The position numbers and the translations under genes are program-made. A stretch of DNA of 64,000 nucleotides from Candidatus Dormiibacterota bacterium. GTDB taxonomy: Bacteria > Chloroflexota > Dormibacteria > Aeolococcales > Aeolococcaceae. Each line of letters begins with the position of its first letter. Position 1 is the stretch's first letter. Shown here piece after piece: positions 40,213 to 50,831 of the stretch. The stretch lies in assembly GCA_963708605.1 (NCBI GenBank), contig CAVPTG010000013.1:140748-204747 (forward strand), written 5' to 3'. The notes under the pieces were generated by a model. The model ran no database searches. It saw only the letters and a list, made by a program, of their open reading frames with translations, and was not told the origin of the DNA.

Positions 40213-41382
40213 TCAGCGCAGCATAGCAGGGTATTCGCTGGAGCCGCGTTCCCAGGCCGCGCGCAGCTCGTTCAGGCTCTCGGGAAGATTCGCGTAGTAG
40301 TCCTCGACGTCGATGTGCGCGGGCCACGGGTTGGGGACGGAACGCTCGCGCTCGCGCCTCGCCTCCTCGAGCCAGACACTGCCGAATGCCGTCTCCGCAC
40401 CCGACGCATCCATGAGCCCGGCGTCGCGCAGGCCGTGGCGACGGTCGAACGGCGGTACCTCGGCTGCGCGCGGACCGGGATTGCTCCACATCGCGGCGAT
40501 GAGCCCCGCGCAACCGCAGTCGACCAGCGCGTCGATGGCGCCCGCAACAAACCGCCGCGTCTGCGCGTCGTCGTCGCGATCGTTGTCATCGTCGCCGCTC
40601 GCGACGGTGCGTTCCGGTGCGTGCAGGTGCGCGAACAGCGGCGCGGAGCCGGTGAGCGACTCGCCGAGCTGCGCGAGAAACGTGGCTGCAGCAGGCTCGA
40701 GTGCCCCACCGACCAGGTTGAGTGCCTTGACGCTGAGGTCGAGGCCGACGACGTCCACGAGGCGCGCAACCTCGGCCGGCCGCACCGCTCGCGCGATGAC
40801 GAGGTCGTCCGCGCTCAACGACAGCATGCACCGTTGCTGGCGCTCGTGGATGCGCTCACTCATCATCAGGGTCCAGCTGCGCAGGTGGTCGATGCGCTGC
40901 GGTCGCACCCCGCCGGCGGGGTCATGGCCGATATCCCACATCGCGATCGCCGGATGTCCTGCGAATGCGCTGAGCATCTCGTCGATCCAGCGTGCACACA
41001 CCTCGAGCATGAGCTGATCCGTGTAGAGGTAACGCGGTCCGCCAGGTTGCGTGACCGCATCGGCGACGGCGCGTACGCCGGGACGCCGCGCATCGACGTC
41101 GATCGCGTAGGCCGGGAGCATCACGCAGCCGCCCAGCGTCTGCACGAAGAGCACCGGGATCACCTGCAGCGCGAGTTCCGCTGCAACCCCCAGGAAGTGC
41201 TCGAAATTGCGTTGGCGCGCCGGCTCAACGCGTGACGGCGTGGGCATGAACGCGTCCCACAGGAGGTGCGTGCGCACAGTGCGATGACCGCGTGACTTGA
41301 TGGCACGAAGATCCGCCTCCGTGCGCGCCGCGTCGTACTCGTGCCAGACGTACGGACCGACCTCGCGCGACCAGTACGTCAC
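40213..41382 (-). CDS. Hypothetical protein (possible glycoside hydrolase-like TIM-barrel)
   Basis: 389-aa ORF; weak resemblance only. Confidence 0.35.
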   Translation of the reverse strand: MTYWSREVGPYVWHEYDAARTEADLRAIKSRGHRTVRTHLLWDAFMPTPSRVEPARQRNFEHFLGVAAELALQVIPVLFVQTLGGCVMLPAYAIDVDARRPGVRAVADAVTQPGGPRYLYTDQLMLEVCARWIDEMLSAFAGHPAIAMWDIGHDPAGGVRPQRIDHLRSWTLMMSERIHERQQRCMLSLSADDLVIARAVRPAEVARLVDVVGLDLSVKALNLVGGALEPAAATFLAQLGESLTGSAPLFAHLHAPERTVASGDDDNDRDDDAQTRRFVAGAIDALVDCGCAGLIAAMWSNPGPRAAEVPPFDRRHGLRDAGLMDASGAETAFGSVWLEEARRERERSVPNPWPAHIDVEDYYANLPESLNELRAAWERGSSEYPAMLR

Positions 41383-41425
41383 GCCGACATCGACCGGTTG
41401 ACGCGTCGCGGACTGATCGCTCGTG

Positions 41426-42259
41426 TCAGTAGACGAAGAGGTCGATGCCTCCTGCCACGGTGAGCACCTGACCGGTGATGTAGCGCGCCTCCGGAGACAC
41501 GAGGAACACGATCGCGTTGGCGATGTCCTCGGGCTCGCCGGCGCTGCGCATCGCAGTGCGAAGCACCATCCGATCGTTCATCTTTGCGTCACCCATCTGC
41601 CACGCCTCCGTGCCGATGATGCCCGGAGCGATGATGTTCGCGGTGATGCCGAATCGCGCGCCCTCGAGCGCCATCGACTTGCCGAGCCCGATCACCGACG
41701 CCTTGGTCGCGGCGTATGAGGCCTGCCCGAAACCGCCGAGCGTGGCCGCGACCGACGCCATGTAGATGACACGACCCCAGCCCTGCTCGCGCATGTACGG
41801 CCACGCGGCCTTGGTGCAGTTGAATGCACCAGTCAGGTTGACGCGCAGGTCGCGGTCCCACAGATCATCGTTCTGGTGCTCGATCTGCGCGATGTGATCG
41901 AGCGTTCCCGCGTTGTTGACGAGGATGTCGATGGACCCGAAGTCCTTCTTGATGGTGGCGAAGACGTCGCGCACCTGCTCGCGGTTGGTGACGTCCATCT
42001 TCATCGCGGCGGAGCGGCGTCCCATCTGCCGGATCTCCTCGCTGGTCCTCTCGGAGTAGACGACGTGTTGCGAGGTGAAGAGCTGCGCGAGCGCCGAATG
42101 TGCTTCCTCGGCGGTGTGCTCGAGGTCCGGGTCCAACTCGATGAGGATGTCGGTGACGACGACGTCCGCCCCCGCGCGAGCGAGCTGGAGGCAGTCCGCC
42201 CTCCCGAGGCCGCGCGATCCCCCGGTGACGACGGCGACCTTGCCGGTCAGGTCGAACAT
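41426..42259 (-). CDS. SDR-family NAD(P)-dependent oxidoreductase
   Basis: TGGSRGLG cofactor motif; YxxxK context. Confidence 0.85.
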   Translation of the reverse strand: MFDLTGKVAVVTGGSRGLGRADCLQLARAGADVVVTDILIELDPDLEHTAEEAHSALAQLFTSQHVVYSERTSEEIRQMGRRSAAMKMDVTNREQVRDVFATIKKDFGSIDILVNNAGTLDHIAQIEHQNDDLWDRDLRVNLTGAFNCTKAAWPYMREQGWGRVIYMASVAATLGGFGQASYAATKASVIGLGKSMALEGARFGITANIIAPGIIGTEAWQMGDAKMNDRMVLRTAMRSAGEPEDIANAIVFLVSPEARYITGQVLTVAGGIDLFVY

Positions 42260-42322
42260 GCAGCGCTCCTGGAAGATCGGGTGATACGGCGATCGGAGAG
42301 CTTAGCGCTCGGTCCGGTCGCT

Positions 42323-43564
42323 TCAGCCTGCGGCGGCGACGGGCACCGGGGGTGTCTCCGCTACCACGCGCGGACGCGTGGCCGTGGCGGTGCGCTCCCC
42401 GAGCACGTAGCGGCTGATCACCAGGCGCTGGATCTCCGCGGTGCCCTCCCAGATCTGGTAGATCTTGGCGTCGCGCATGAAGCGCTCGACCGGGTAGTCC
42501 TTTATGTAGCCGTAGCCGCCGAGGATCTGGACGGCGTCGACAGTGACCTTCATCGCGATATCGCCGGCGAACAGCTTCGCCATCGAGCCCTCGCCCCGCG
42601 ATAGCGGGATCCCGTTCATCACCATCCACCCGGCACGCCAGGTCAGCAGGCGCGCGGCGTCGATCTCGGTCGCCATGTCGGCGAGCTTGAAGGCGATCGC
42701 CTCGTGCTTCGAGATCGGCTTGCCGAACGCGAAGCGTTGCAGCGAGTAGTCGCGGGCAAACTCGAACGCGGCACGCGCGATGCCGAGCGCGCCGGCGGCG
42801 ACCATCGGCCGCGTCGCCTCGAGCATGACCATGGCGCCGACGCGTCCCGGGCCGGTTTCCTCGCCGCTCTCGTTGTAGCCGAGGCGCTGGTTGTCGGGGA
42901 TGAAGCAGTCCTCGAAGATGACCTGCGCGGTATGCGATGCGCGCACGCCGAGCTTGCGTTCCTTGCGCCCCTGGCGCATGCCCGCGGTGCCCTTTTCAAT
43001 GACAAAGGCGGCCACCCCGATGGGGCCGAGCGACTTGTCCGTCGTGGCGAAGGCAACCTGGACATCCGCGATCCCACCGTTGGTGCAGAACTGCTTGGTG
43101 CCGTTGAGCACGTAGCCGCCGTCGACCTTGGTCGCCGTCGTCTCCAGCGCCAGCGAGTCCGAGCCGCTGTTCGGCTCGGTGAGTCCCATGGCGCCGATCT
43201 TCAGCTCGGATCCGGTGAGGATCGAGATGTACTTCTGCTTCTGTTCCTCGGTGCCCATCGCGAGGATCGCCGTGGCGGCAAGACCGGTGGCGCCGATCGA
43301 CGTCGCGATCCCGGCATCGCCCCAGGAAAGCTCCTCCTCACGGATGAGGTTGGTGACGAGGTCGATCCCACCCCCGCCGTACTGCTCCGGGAAGCTCGCC
43401 GTCGCGTCGAGCCCCAAGGCGTGCGCCTTGCGCATCACGTCCCACGGGGTCTCCTCGGCCTCGTCGTAGCGCTCGGCGACCGGGCGCATCTCCTTCTCGG
43501 CGAACTCGTGCGCGAGAGCCCGGATCTCCTCCTGTTCGCGGGTGAGCGAGAAGTCGAGTCCCAT
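42323..43564 (-). CDS. Acyl-CoA dehydrogenase
   Basis: Full-length ACAD family domains (N-terminal, middle and C-terminal). Confidence 0.9.
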   Translation of the reverse strand: MGLDFSLTREQEEIRALAHEFAEKEMRPVAERYDEAEETPWDVMRKAHALGLDATASFPEQYGGGGIDLVTNLIREEELSWGDAGIATSIGATGLAATAILAMGTEEQKQKYISILTGSELKIGAMGLTEPNSGSDSLALETTATKVDGGYVLNGTKQFCTNGGIADVQVAFATTDKSLGPIGVAAFVIEKGTAGMRQGRKERKLGVRASHTAQVIFEDCFIPDNQRLGYNESGEETGPGRVGAMVMLEATRPMVAAGALGIARAAFEFARDYSLQRFAFGKPISKHEAIAFKLADMATEIDAARLLTWRAGWMVMNGIPLSRGEGSMAKLFAGDIAMKVTVDAVQILGGYGYIKDYPVERFMRDAKIYQIWEGTAEIQRLVISRYVLGERTATATRPRVVAETPPVPVAAAG

Positions 43565-43576
43565 GTTCGTGGTCCC

Positions 43577-44032
43577 TTAGCGTGGAAGCCGGACGGTCGC
43601 CCGGCCGTTGGTCAAAACGCGGTCGCCGCGATCCGAGGACGCCGCCACCTCGAGGGTGGCCACTCCCGAATCGTCGACGCTGACGACGGTTCCCGTGCAG
43701 ATGATGGTGTCGCCGGGCAGCAACGGCTTGCTGAATCGGCAGGAGAGGCTGAGGAGATTGGCGTTTCCGCCCGCCCACGATGCGATCGCCTCCGCGAGGA
43801 TCCCCATCTCGAGCATGCCGTGGGCGATCGTGCCGGGAAGGCCGACGGATCGCGCGAACTCAGGATCGAGGTGGATCGGGTTGTTGTCTCCGGATGCGCC
43901 GGCGTAGGCATTGACCTGACGCTGGGTGACCGTCATCGAGAACGGCGTGATGCGGTCGCCGGCGGCGATCCCGGACACCGCGGGCGCACTCATGCGGGTG
44001 CCCGGACGATCATCAGTGAGGTCCCGCGGCAC
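43577..44032 (-). CDS. MaoC-family (R)-specific enoyl-CoA hydratase/dehydratase
   Basis: Hot-dog fold with NPIHLDPEFA...GTIAHGML. Confidence 0.8.
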   Translation of the reverse strand: MPRDLTDDRPGTRMSAPAVSGIAAGDRITPFSMTVTQRQVNAYAGASGDNNPIHLDPEFARSVGLPGTIAHGMLEMGILAEAIASWAGGNANLLSLSCRFSKPLLPGDTIICTGTVVSVDDSGVATLEVAASSDRGDRVLTNGRATVRLPR

Positions 44033-44413
44033 ACCACCTCGTCGTCGGCGGGACGGATCGCCTCCACGGCGAGGCGCACGAAGGTCATGCCCCGCCTCGT
44101 GTCGACGCTCGTGATCTCAGCCGTCGCAGTCGACCACATCGCCGGGGCGGACCGGCACGGGCCACTCGAACGACTGCTCGCCGTGGATAAGGCCGGCCAG
44201 GTCCATGCCCACCTCCGAGTCGCCGAAGAGCTTCGCCAGGGTTGGGCCGAGGCAGTAAACGGCCGCGAATGTCGGGGGGACGGCATCGGGCTCTCGCACC
44301 TTGCCCTCGCCCGCGATGGCCTGGGCCACCGCCCGCGCCGATTCGGGTGCGATCCGCTGACCCGGCGCTTCGTACCGGCGGCCGACGTGGCTCTGATCAG
44401 GCACTGATCCCAA
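43990..44413 (-). pseudogene. MaoC-like dehydratase N-terminal-domain protein, frame discontinuity near 44120
   Basis: The two ~98-aa ORFs read one protein-like sequence across a frame change (..HGEQSFEWPVPVRPGDVVDC | TAEITSVDTRRGMTFVRLAVEA..). Confidence 0.55.
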
Positions 44414-44477
44414 CGCTCCTCATCGGGGTAAATGCTCCAGTCGCACCGGTCAGCGCAGAAATTGACATCCGTATCAA

Positions 44478-45497
44478 CTATTCCCGTGACGAACCATACA
44501 CCCGGGTTGAGGCATCGTCGAGAGGTTCGGCCCGGATCTCCCCGACGTCTCGTCCCGCCCAGTTTCGCAGCGTCAACGTGGCGAACGCCCGGAGACCTTC
44601 CGATAGGTCGGATGGAAGCACCCCGAGGTGCTGCAGAACGGCGATCGCGACGACTGGAATCGCCTCGCCGCCGCCTGACTCGAGCTTGATCGCGATGCCG
44701 GGGCCACCCGGGCGCACCACCGCCGCCCAGACGGCGGCACCGCCGATCTTGGCGGTGACGCCGGCGCCGGCGACCTCGAGCAGCGCCGTGTCAAACCGTC
44801 CCGTGCCGGCGACGAGAAAGGGATGCGTGGCCATCGCCTCCTGAGCACGGCAGAACGCAGCGTCTCCGCTCGCGGCAGCAAAGCCGCGGGCGATCGCTGC
44901 CAGCGGGATGCCGTATGTCGTCAGCCCGCACCCGTCGATGCCGCGATGCGCGGTGTCGAGGTCGACGCCGAGCATCTCCTGGAGGGCGCCACTCACCGCC
45001 TGCTGGCAGGGGTGTCCCAGTTCCATGTAACCGTCGAGGGGCCATCCCATGACCGCGCAGGTCGCGAGCATCGCGGCGTGCTTGCCGGAACAGTTGTTGT
45101 GGACCGGGAGGGGCATGCCACCCGATGCCAGGAGGCGTCGAGCGGTCGCCTCATCAGAAGGAATCTGCGGTCCACACCCGAGCGCCGCCTCCGGTACCCC
45201 CGCCCTCGCCAGCAGCCCCCGGACCGTCGCGACGTGCTCATCCTCACCCTGGTGCGAGGCGCACGCGACGGCGATCTCCGGACCGCTCGCCCCGAGCCGG
45301 TCAGCAGCAAGACGGAGGAATGGCAGCGCCTGAATGGGCTTGACACAGCTACGGAGTGTCGTCTCCACGTCCGGCGATCCCGCCGACTGCAGGACGGTGC
45401 CCGACGCGTCGGTGACGGCGATGTGGCCGCGAACGCGCGCCTCGATCGCATCGCCTCGGAACACCGCGGCGAGGATCGGGGGCGCAGGCTGATTCAC
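44478..45497 (-). CDS. Asparaginase (L-asparaginase II-like family)
   Basis: NNCSGKHAAML motif; ~340 aa. Confidence 0.8.
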   Translation of the reverse strand: MNQPAPPILAAVFRGDAIEARVRGHIAVTDASGTVLQSAGSPDVETTLRSCVKPIQALPFLRLAADRLGASGPEIAVACASHQGEDEHVATVRGLLARAGVPEAALGCGPQIPSDEATARRLLASGGMPLPVHNNCSGKHAAMLATCAVMGWPLDGYMELGHPCQQAVSGALQEMLGVDLDTAHRGIDGCGLTTYGIPLAAIARGFAAASGDAAFCRAQEAMATHPFLVAGTGRFDTALLEVAGAGVTAKIGGAAVWAAVVRPGGPGIAIKLESGGGEAIPVVAIAVLQHLGVLPSDLSEGLRAFATLTLRNWAGRDVGEIRAEPLDDASTRVYGSSRE

Positions 45498-45579
45498 GGG
45501 CTCACTTTGACGTCGCCAAGCTGGTTTTGGTACGGTCCCGCGGTCACCCGGGGAGAAAAGGGCACATCGCCCCGGTTCA

Positions 45580-46494
45580 GTGCGTGTAACTGCCTCGGCG
45601 AGGGGAGCAGCGATCGCGACCCACGTTCATCGATTGGTACGGCACCTCTGGGTAGTCGCAACAGCGGCGGTGCTCGTTGTGCTCGTGGCTCGACCCCCTC
45701 AGGTTCCCGGGGCACCCGTGCTCCGAAACCTCGCCGCGATTCAGATCAACGCCGTGGTCGAGAATGCGACGACGGTGACCGCGATCGCCGTGGAGCCGAT
45801 CAAGACGGTCGTCGTCCAGCCGGGCCAGACCATTGCCTCGCTCTCGGCGGCATATCACGTCCCCACCTCGGCGATCCAATGGGGCAATCAGCTCGTCCCA
45901 AACATGGTGCCCAAGGCCGGCTCGACGCTGTTGATCCCGCCGGGACCGGCAGCGCTTGTCGAGGTCCTTCCCGGAGAGACCCCCACCGGGTTCGCCGCGC
46001 GTGTTCGCCTGGATCCCGCGGTGATTCTCGACTACAACAAGTTGACGAGCGACGCACCGATGGCCGGTGGCTCCTACCTCCAGGTCCCGCTCTCCCGCGC
46101 GCCAGACGGTGCGCTCATCGGGTCCTATTTCGTGGACGCAGAGAACGGCGTGCCGGCCGTTCCCCCGCAGACCCCGTTCCATGACGGCTTCCCCTACGGT
46201 CAGTGCACCTACTACGTGGCAAGCCGACGCGCGGTTGACTGGAGCGGCAACGCCGTCAACTGGTGGCGGGCCGCCCGGGGCAAGCGTCCTGAAGGGCACC
46301 TCCCCGTGCAGGGCGCGATCGTGGTCTTCAACATCGGATGGGTCGGCCACGTCGCCTACGTGGAGCACGTCAACCTCGACGGCACCTTCGAGATCTCCGA
46401 GATGAACTACCACGCCGGCGGCGGAGGCTGGGGGCGGGTCGACCACCGCACCATCGACGAGTCGGACCCCTCGATCTTGGGATTCATCTACTGA
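45580..46494 (+). CDS. Secreted LysM + CHAP-domain peptidoglycan hydrolase
   Basis: LysM (VVQPGQTIASLSAAYHV); CHAP motifs (YGQCTYYVA ... GWVGHVAYVEHV). Confidence 0.7.
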   Translation: MRVTASARGAAIATHVHRLVRHLWVVATAAVLVVLVARPPQVPGAPVLRNLAAIQINAVVENATTVTAIAVEPIKTVVVQPGQTIASLSAAYHVPTSAIQWGNQLVPNMVPKAGSTLLIPPGPAALVEVLPGETPTGFAARVRLDPAVILDYNKLTSDAPMAGGSYLQVPLSRAPDGALIGSYFVDAENGVPAVPPQTPFHDGFPYGQCTYYVASRRAVDWSGNAVNWWRAARGKRPEGHLPVQGAIVVFNIGWVGHVAYVEHVNLDGTFEISEMNYHAGGGGWGRVDHRTIDESDPSILGFIY

Positions 46495-46606
46495 GGGTTT
46501 AGCTCGCGCTCCGTGGTGAGGCGAGATGGGGACGGGCGGCACTCGGCGAGGGCTGGGTCGTCCCCCTCTCGCCGCACCACAAGGCCAACGATGACTGCGA
46601 AGGCGC

Positions 46607-47305
46607 CTACCCTGAGAACCGGTACCCGATCCCCGGAACGGAATGGATGTAGGTCGGCTTCTCGGCGTCAGGCTCGATCTTGCGACGCAGACGGTAGACG
46701 TGGGCGTCGACGGTCCGGGTCTCGATCTCGACCTCGTATCCCCACACGCGCCGGAGTAGCTCTCCGCGGCTCATGACCTGCCCGGGCCGAGACGCGAGCA
46801 GTGCGAGCAGGTTGAACTCGGTGAGCGTGAGCATCACTTCCTCGCCATCGCGGAAGACCTGACGGCGTCCGAGGTCGATCGTGAGCCCGGGGAACTCGAA
46901 GCGGTCGCGAGGCTGCTCCTGCGCGGAGATCTCGCTGCGACGGAGGTGCGCGCCGATGCGCGCCATCAGCTCGCGAACCTCGAAGGGCTTGGTGACGTAA
47001 TCGTCGGCACCGAGTTCGAGGCCGACGACCACGTCGATCGTGTCGCTCTTCGCGGTGAGCATGATGATCGGCACGCGCGCGCCCTCTGCGCGCAGGCGCC
47101 GGCACACGTCGAGGCCGCTCATACCGGGGAGATTGACGTCGAGGATGATCAGGTCGGGATTCTGCTCGCGAGCGAGATTGAGTCCCTCGACGCCGGTTGC
47201 CGCCTCGATGAGCGTGTGGTTCTGTGCGCTGGTCGCGAGACGCACGATCTCGCGACTCGGCTGGTCGTCTTCGACGATGAGAATGGTCTTTCCCGCCCCG
47301 CTCAT
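46607..47305 (-). CDS. OmpR-family response regulator
   Basis: ILIVEDD receiver domain and winged helix (YIHSVPGIGYRF). Confidence 0.9.
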   Translation of the reverse strand: MSGAGKTILIVEDDQPSREIVRLATSAQNHTLIEAATGVEGLNLAREQNPDLIILDVNLPGMSGLDVCRRLRAEGARVPIIMLTAKSDTIDVVVGLELGADDYVTKPFEVRELMARIGAHLRRSEISAQEQPRDRFEFPGLTIDLGRRQVFRDGEEVMLTLTEFNLLALLASRPGQVMSRGELLRRVWGYEVEIETRTVDAHVYRLRRKIEPDAEKPTYIHSVPGIGYRFSG

Positions 47306-49035
47306 CAGACAGGCACCTCGATGAATGTGGAGATGCGCTTCACGAAGTTGGCCACCTCAATTGGTTTGGTGATATAGCCGGAGCAGCCGGCTGCGAGTGC
47401 TTCCTGTTCGTTGCCCTTCATCGCGTTCGCGGTCAGCGCGACCACCGGGACACCTGCAGTCTTGGGATCCGCCTTGAGCATACGGGTGAGAGTCAGCCCG
47501 TCCATGCCAGGCAGCTCCACGTCCATGAGCACGAGATCGTAGACCTTGGACCGCACCTTGTGGAGGCCCTCCTCGCCGTCGACCGCAATGTCGACGTCGA
47601 AACCGCTCCCGAGGAGGACCATCTTTGCCAGGTCGCGATTGCTGGCGTTGTCCTCAACGAGCAGGATGCGATTGTGGCGATGACCGTTCAGAACCTCAAT
47701 TCCTGCCAGAGGTAGCCGGAACGTGAACACCGAGCCGCGGCCCGGGTCGCTCTCCAGCGAGATGCTCCCACCGTGCAGCTCGACGAGCCTGCGGGTGAGT
47801 GACAGTCCAAGCCCGGTGCCCTCGACCTGCCGAGTGGTTGCATGGTCGAGCTGGTAGAACTCGTCGAAGATGCGCTTGTGGTGTTCGGCGGGAATGCCGA
47901 CACCGGTGTCGCCGACGTCGACGATGAGGTCCTCGCTGTCCGTCCGCGCCGAGACCCAGACCTTGCCGCCCTGCGGCGTGAACTTGATCGCGTTGCTGAG
48001 CAGGTTGTAGAGCACCTGCTTGAACTTGCTCTTGTCCGCCCGGATCTCGAGGTGGACGGGGACGACGTCGATGCTCAGATCGATGTCGCGCCGCTCGCTC
48101 AGCGAGCGGATCACGTTATGGACCTCTTTGACCGCATCCTGCACGCCGAAGCGGTCGTAGGCGAGTTCCATGCGGCCCGCCTCGATCTTGCTGAGGTCGA
48201 GGACGTCGTTGACGAGCTCGAGGAGGTGCTTCCCGGAGGCGTGGATGTTCTGGAGGCATTCCTGACGTTGCTGCGGGGTCAGGTCGACGAGGTTGTCCTT
48301 GAGGATTTCGCTGAAACCGAGGATCGCGTTGAGCGGCGTGCGCAACTCGTGGCTCATGTTTGCCAGGAACTCGCTCTTCAGCCGGGAGATCTCGGCGATC
48401 TGCGCGTTGGCCACCTCGACCTCGCGCTTTTGCGTGGCGATTTCGCCGAGCTGCGCGCGCTGCGCGGTGTACAGCCTCGCGTTGTCGATGCTGATCGCGG
48501 CCTGGCTCGCGATGATCCGCATCAGCGCCTGCTCGATGCTCGTGAACGGCTGCACCTCGCGCCGGGCGAGGGTGAGCGCTCCGACGAGCCGTTGTGGCAA
48601 CTCCAGCGGCATGACCAGACACGAGCGAGGCGCATACGCGAGGCCGAGTGTCTTGAAGCGACGGTCCTTGGTGGCATCTGCGACAGAAACCAGCTTCCGG
48701 CGTTGCGCCGCCCATCCCACGATGCCTTCGCCGAGCTCGAATCGCGCAACCTGACCGAGGTTGTCGGTGAACGGGTAGGTCGCGATAGCAGACAGGGCAC
48801 GGCCGTCCTCCTCGAGGAGGAAAACCGTGGCGGCATCGCAGTCGACCAAATCGGCCGCGGCCTTGAGCATGAAGTCGATCGTCTCCTTCAGCTCCAAACT
48901 CGACGTGAAGAGGTTACCGACCTGGCCCAGAAGGTCGACAATAACCTTGTCGTCCATCGCAGATCCGAGTATACCCGCGAATTTCGGCGCCAGCGGACTG
49001 TCGGGCAATTGCAATCGATCCAGTGCAGTGCTCAT
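47305..49035 (-). CDS. Hybrid sensor histidine kinase (GAF + HisKA + HATPase + receiver)
   Basis: HELRTPLNAILGF H-box; GTGLGLS; C-terminal REC (ILLVEDN...LMDVELPGMDG). Confidence 0.9.
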   Translation of the reverse strand: MSTALDRLQLPDSPLAPKFAGILGSAMDDKVIVDLLGQVGNLFTSSLELKETIDFMLKAAADLVDCDAATVFLLEEDGRALSAIATYPFTDNLGQVARFELGEGIVGWAAQRRKLVSVADATKDRRFKTLGLAYAPRSCLVMPLELPQRLVGALTLARREVQPFTSIEQALMRIIASQAAISIDNARLYTAQRAQLGEIATQKREVEVANAQIAEISRLKSEFLANMSHELRTPLNAILGFSEILKDNLVDLTPQQRQECLQNIHASGKHLLELVNDVLDLSKIEAGRMELAYDRFGVQDAVKEVHNVIRSLSERRDIDLSIDVVPVHLEIRADKSKFKQVLYNLLSNAIKFTPQGGKVWVSARTDSEDLIVDVGDTGVGIPAEHHKRIFDEFYQLDHATTRQVEGTGLGLSLTRRLVELHGGSISLESDPGRGSVFTFRLPLAGIEVLNGHRHNRILLVEDNASNRDLAKMVLLGSGFDVDIAVDGEEGLHKVRSKVYDLVLMDVELPGMDGLTLTRMLKADPKTAGVPVVALTANAMKGNEQEALAAGCSGYITKPIEVANFVKRISTFIEVPV

Positions 49036-50009
49036 GACCGCCGCCTCTGCAGCTCCTCGACGAGCGCAGGGAGCACTTTCAGGGCATCGCCGACAACTCC
49101 CAGGTCGGCGAGCTTGAAGATCGGCGCGTTCTCGTCTCTATTGACCGCAACAATTGCTTTCGCGCCCTTCATTCCAACTGTGTGCTGCATGGCGCCGCTG
49201 ATGCCGAACGCGAGATAAACGGCGGGTTTGACGGTTTTGCCGGTCTGCCCGACCTGCATCGCGTACGGCACCCACCCCGCATCGACGACTGCCCTGCTCG
49301 CTCCGACTGCAGCGTTGCCGAGCACCGCGGCGAGTTGATCGAGCAGCTCGAAATTCTTGGGATCGCCGAGCCCGCGCCCGCCGCTGATGACGATCGGCGC
49401 CTCTTCGAGCTTGGGGCCGGCGGCGACGTCGGCGACCCGATCGGTCACGCGCGCCGATTTGTGCTTCTCGTCGATCGTCGAGGTGACCGGGGTGACCGCG
49501 GCGGGTCCGCCACCGCTGGGCTCGGCCACGAAGGATTTGGGGCGAATGATCGCCAGTGCCGGCCCGCCGCCTTCGAAGCGGGTCGCGACATTGAGGGTGG
49601 CGCCGAAGACCGACGAGTGGACCGAGACGCCGTCGCCGTCGGTCACGTCGAGGCCGTTGGCGATCACGGGGACGCCGAGCTTGGCGGCCAGCCGTCCGGC
49701 AACGTCGCGCGAGGTGTAGGTCATGCCAAAGAGCACCAGGTCCGGCGTGTGCTCGTGCATGAGAGCGGCGAGCGCATCGGCTGCCGGTCCGCCGAGGAGC
49801 AGCTCTCCCCAGAGGGGGTCGGTCCCTGCGTAGAGGGTCGTCGCGCCGTAGGAGCCCAGCTCGGTAGCGGCGTCAGCGGCATCCGGGGCGAACGCGACCA
49901 CCTCCACCGTATCGGCAAGCGCTCGGGCCTTGGTCAGCAGCTCGAGGGCGACCGGCGCGGGCTTGCCGCCCGCGACCTCGGCGAACACCCAGATCTTTCC
50001 CAGGGCCAT
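49032..50009 (-). CDS. etfA: Electron transfer flavoprotein alpha subunit
   Basis: Family-level match; sits downstream of etfB. Confidence 0.9.
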   Translation of the reverse strand: MALGKIWVFAEVAGGKPAPVALELLTKARALADTVEVVAFAPDAADAATELGSYGATTLYAGTDPLWGELLLGGPAADALAALMHEHTPDLVLFGMTYTSRDVAGRLAAKLGVPVIANGLDVTDGDGVSVHSSVFGATLNVATRFEGGGPALAIIRPKSFVAEPSGGGPAAVTPVTSTIDEKHKSARVTDRVADVAAGPKLEEAPIVISGGRGLGDPKNFELLDQLAAVLGNAAVGASRAVVDAGWVPYAMQVGQTGKTVKPAVYLAFGISGAMQHTVGMKGAKAIVAVNRDENAPIFKLADLGVVGDALKVLPALVEELQRRRS

Positions 50010-50012
50010 CGC

Positions 50013-50786
50013 TCAGATCACCTTCTTTTCCGCGAGGAAATCCGCGATGCGCTTGTAGCCCTCGCCGTCGTCTTTCACGATCGAGCCGGCGGCGCGCTGG
50101 GGAGCGGGTTCGACCCCGGTGATGCTCTGACCGGCGGTGGCGCCCCCGGCGCCGTCGAGCCCGAGGTCACCCGCTGTGAGGCGGTCGAGCGGCTTGGACT
50201 TGGCGCCCATGATTCCCTTCAGCGACGGATATCGAGGCTCGTTGACCCCGGCGGTCACGCTCACGACAGCAGGGAGGCCGGCCTCGACGAGGTCGTAGCC
50301 CGCCTCGGTCTGCCGCTTGACCTTGAGCATGGTGCCGTCCACCTCGAGCGTCTTCGCGAAGGTGACGGCCGGGACGTCAAGCAGCTCGGCGATCATCTGC
50401 GGGACGACTCCCGTGTAGCCGTCGGTGGACTCGGTGGCGGTGATCACCAGGTCGAACCCTTCGCGGCGGATCGCCGCGGCGAGCACCCGCGAGGTGGTCA
50501 GGGCGTCAGACCCTCGTAGTGCGTCGTCCGAGACCAGGATCCCCTTCGAGGCACCCATCGCCAGGGCCTTGCGAACCGCGTCGAGGCCCCGTTCCGGACC
50601 CATCGACACCACGGTCACCTCGCCGCCCTGCGCCTCGACAAGCTGCAGGCCCGCCTCAACTCCGAACTCGTCGCCGGGATCGAGAACGACCTCAACCCCC
50701 TCGCGCTTGAGCAAATGCGTGGTCGGATCGAGCTGGCCGGTGGTATTGGGGTCGGGGATCTGCTTGACGCAGACGACGACCTTCAT
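50013..50786 (-). CDS. etfB: Electron transfer flavoprotein beta subunit
   Basis: MKVVVCVKQIPD N-terminus typical of EtfB. Confidence 0.9.
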   Translation of the reverse strand: MKVVVCVKQIPDPNTTGQLDPTTHLLKREGVEVVLDPGDEFGVEAGLQLVEAQGGEVTVVSMGPERGLDAVRKALAMGASKGILVSDDALRGSDALTTSRVLAAAIRREGFDLVITATESTDGYTGVVPQMIAELLDVPAVTFAKTLEVDGTMLKVKRQTEAGYDLVEAGLPAVVSVTAGVNEPRYPSLKGIMGAKSKPLDRLTAGDLGLDGAGGATAGQSITGVEPAPQRAAGSIVKDDGEGYKRIADFLAEKKVI

Positions 50787-50831
50787 GAGTGCCTCCGTGT
50801 TTGTCGCCTCGGGATCGAAACTCTAACGCAC

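Noticed and set aside
42704-44407. 567-aa plus-strand ORF
   Set aside because: Antisense to the acyl-CoA dehydrogenase and MaoC genes.
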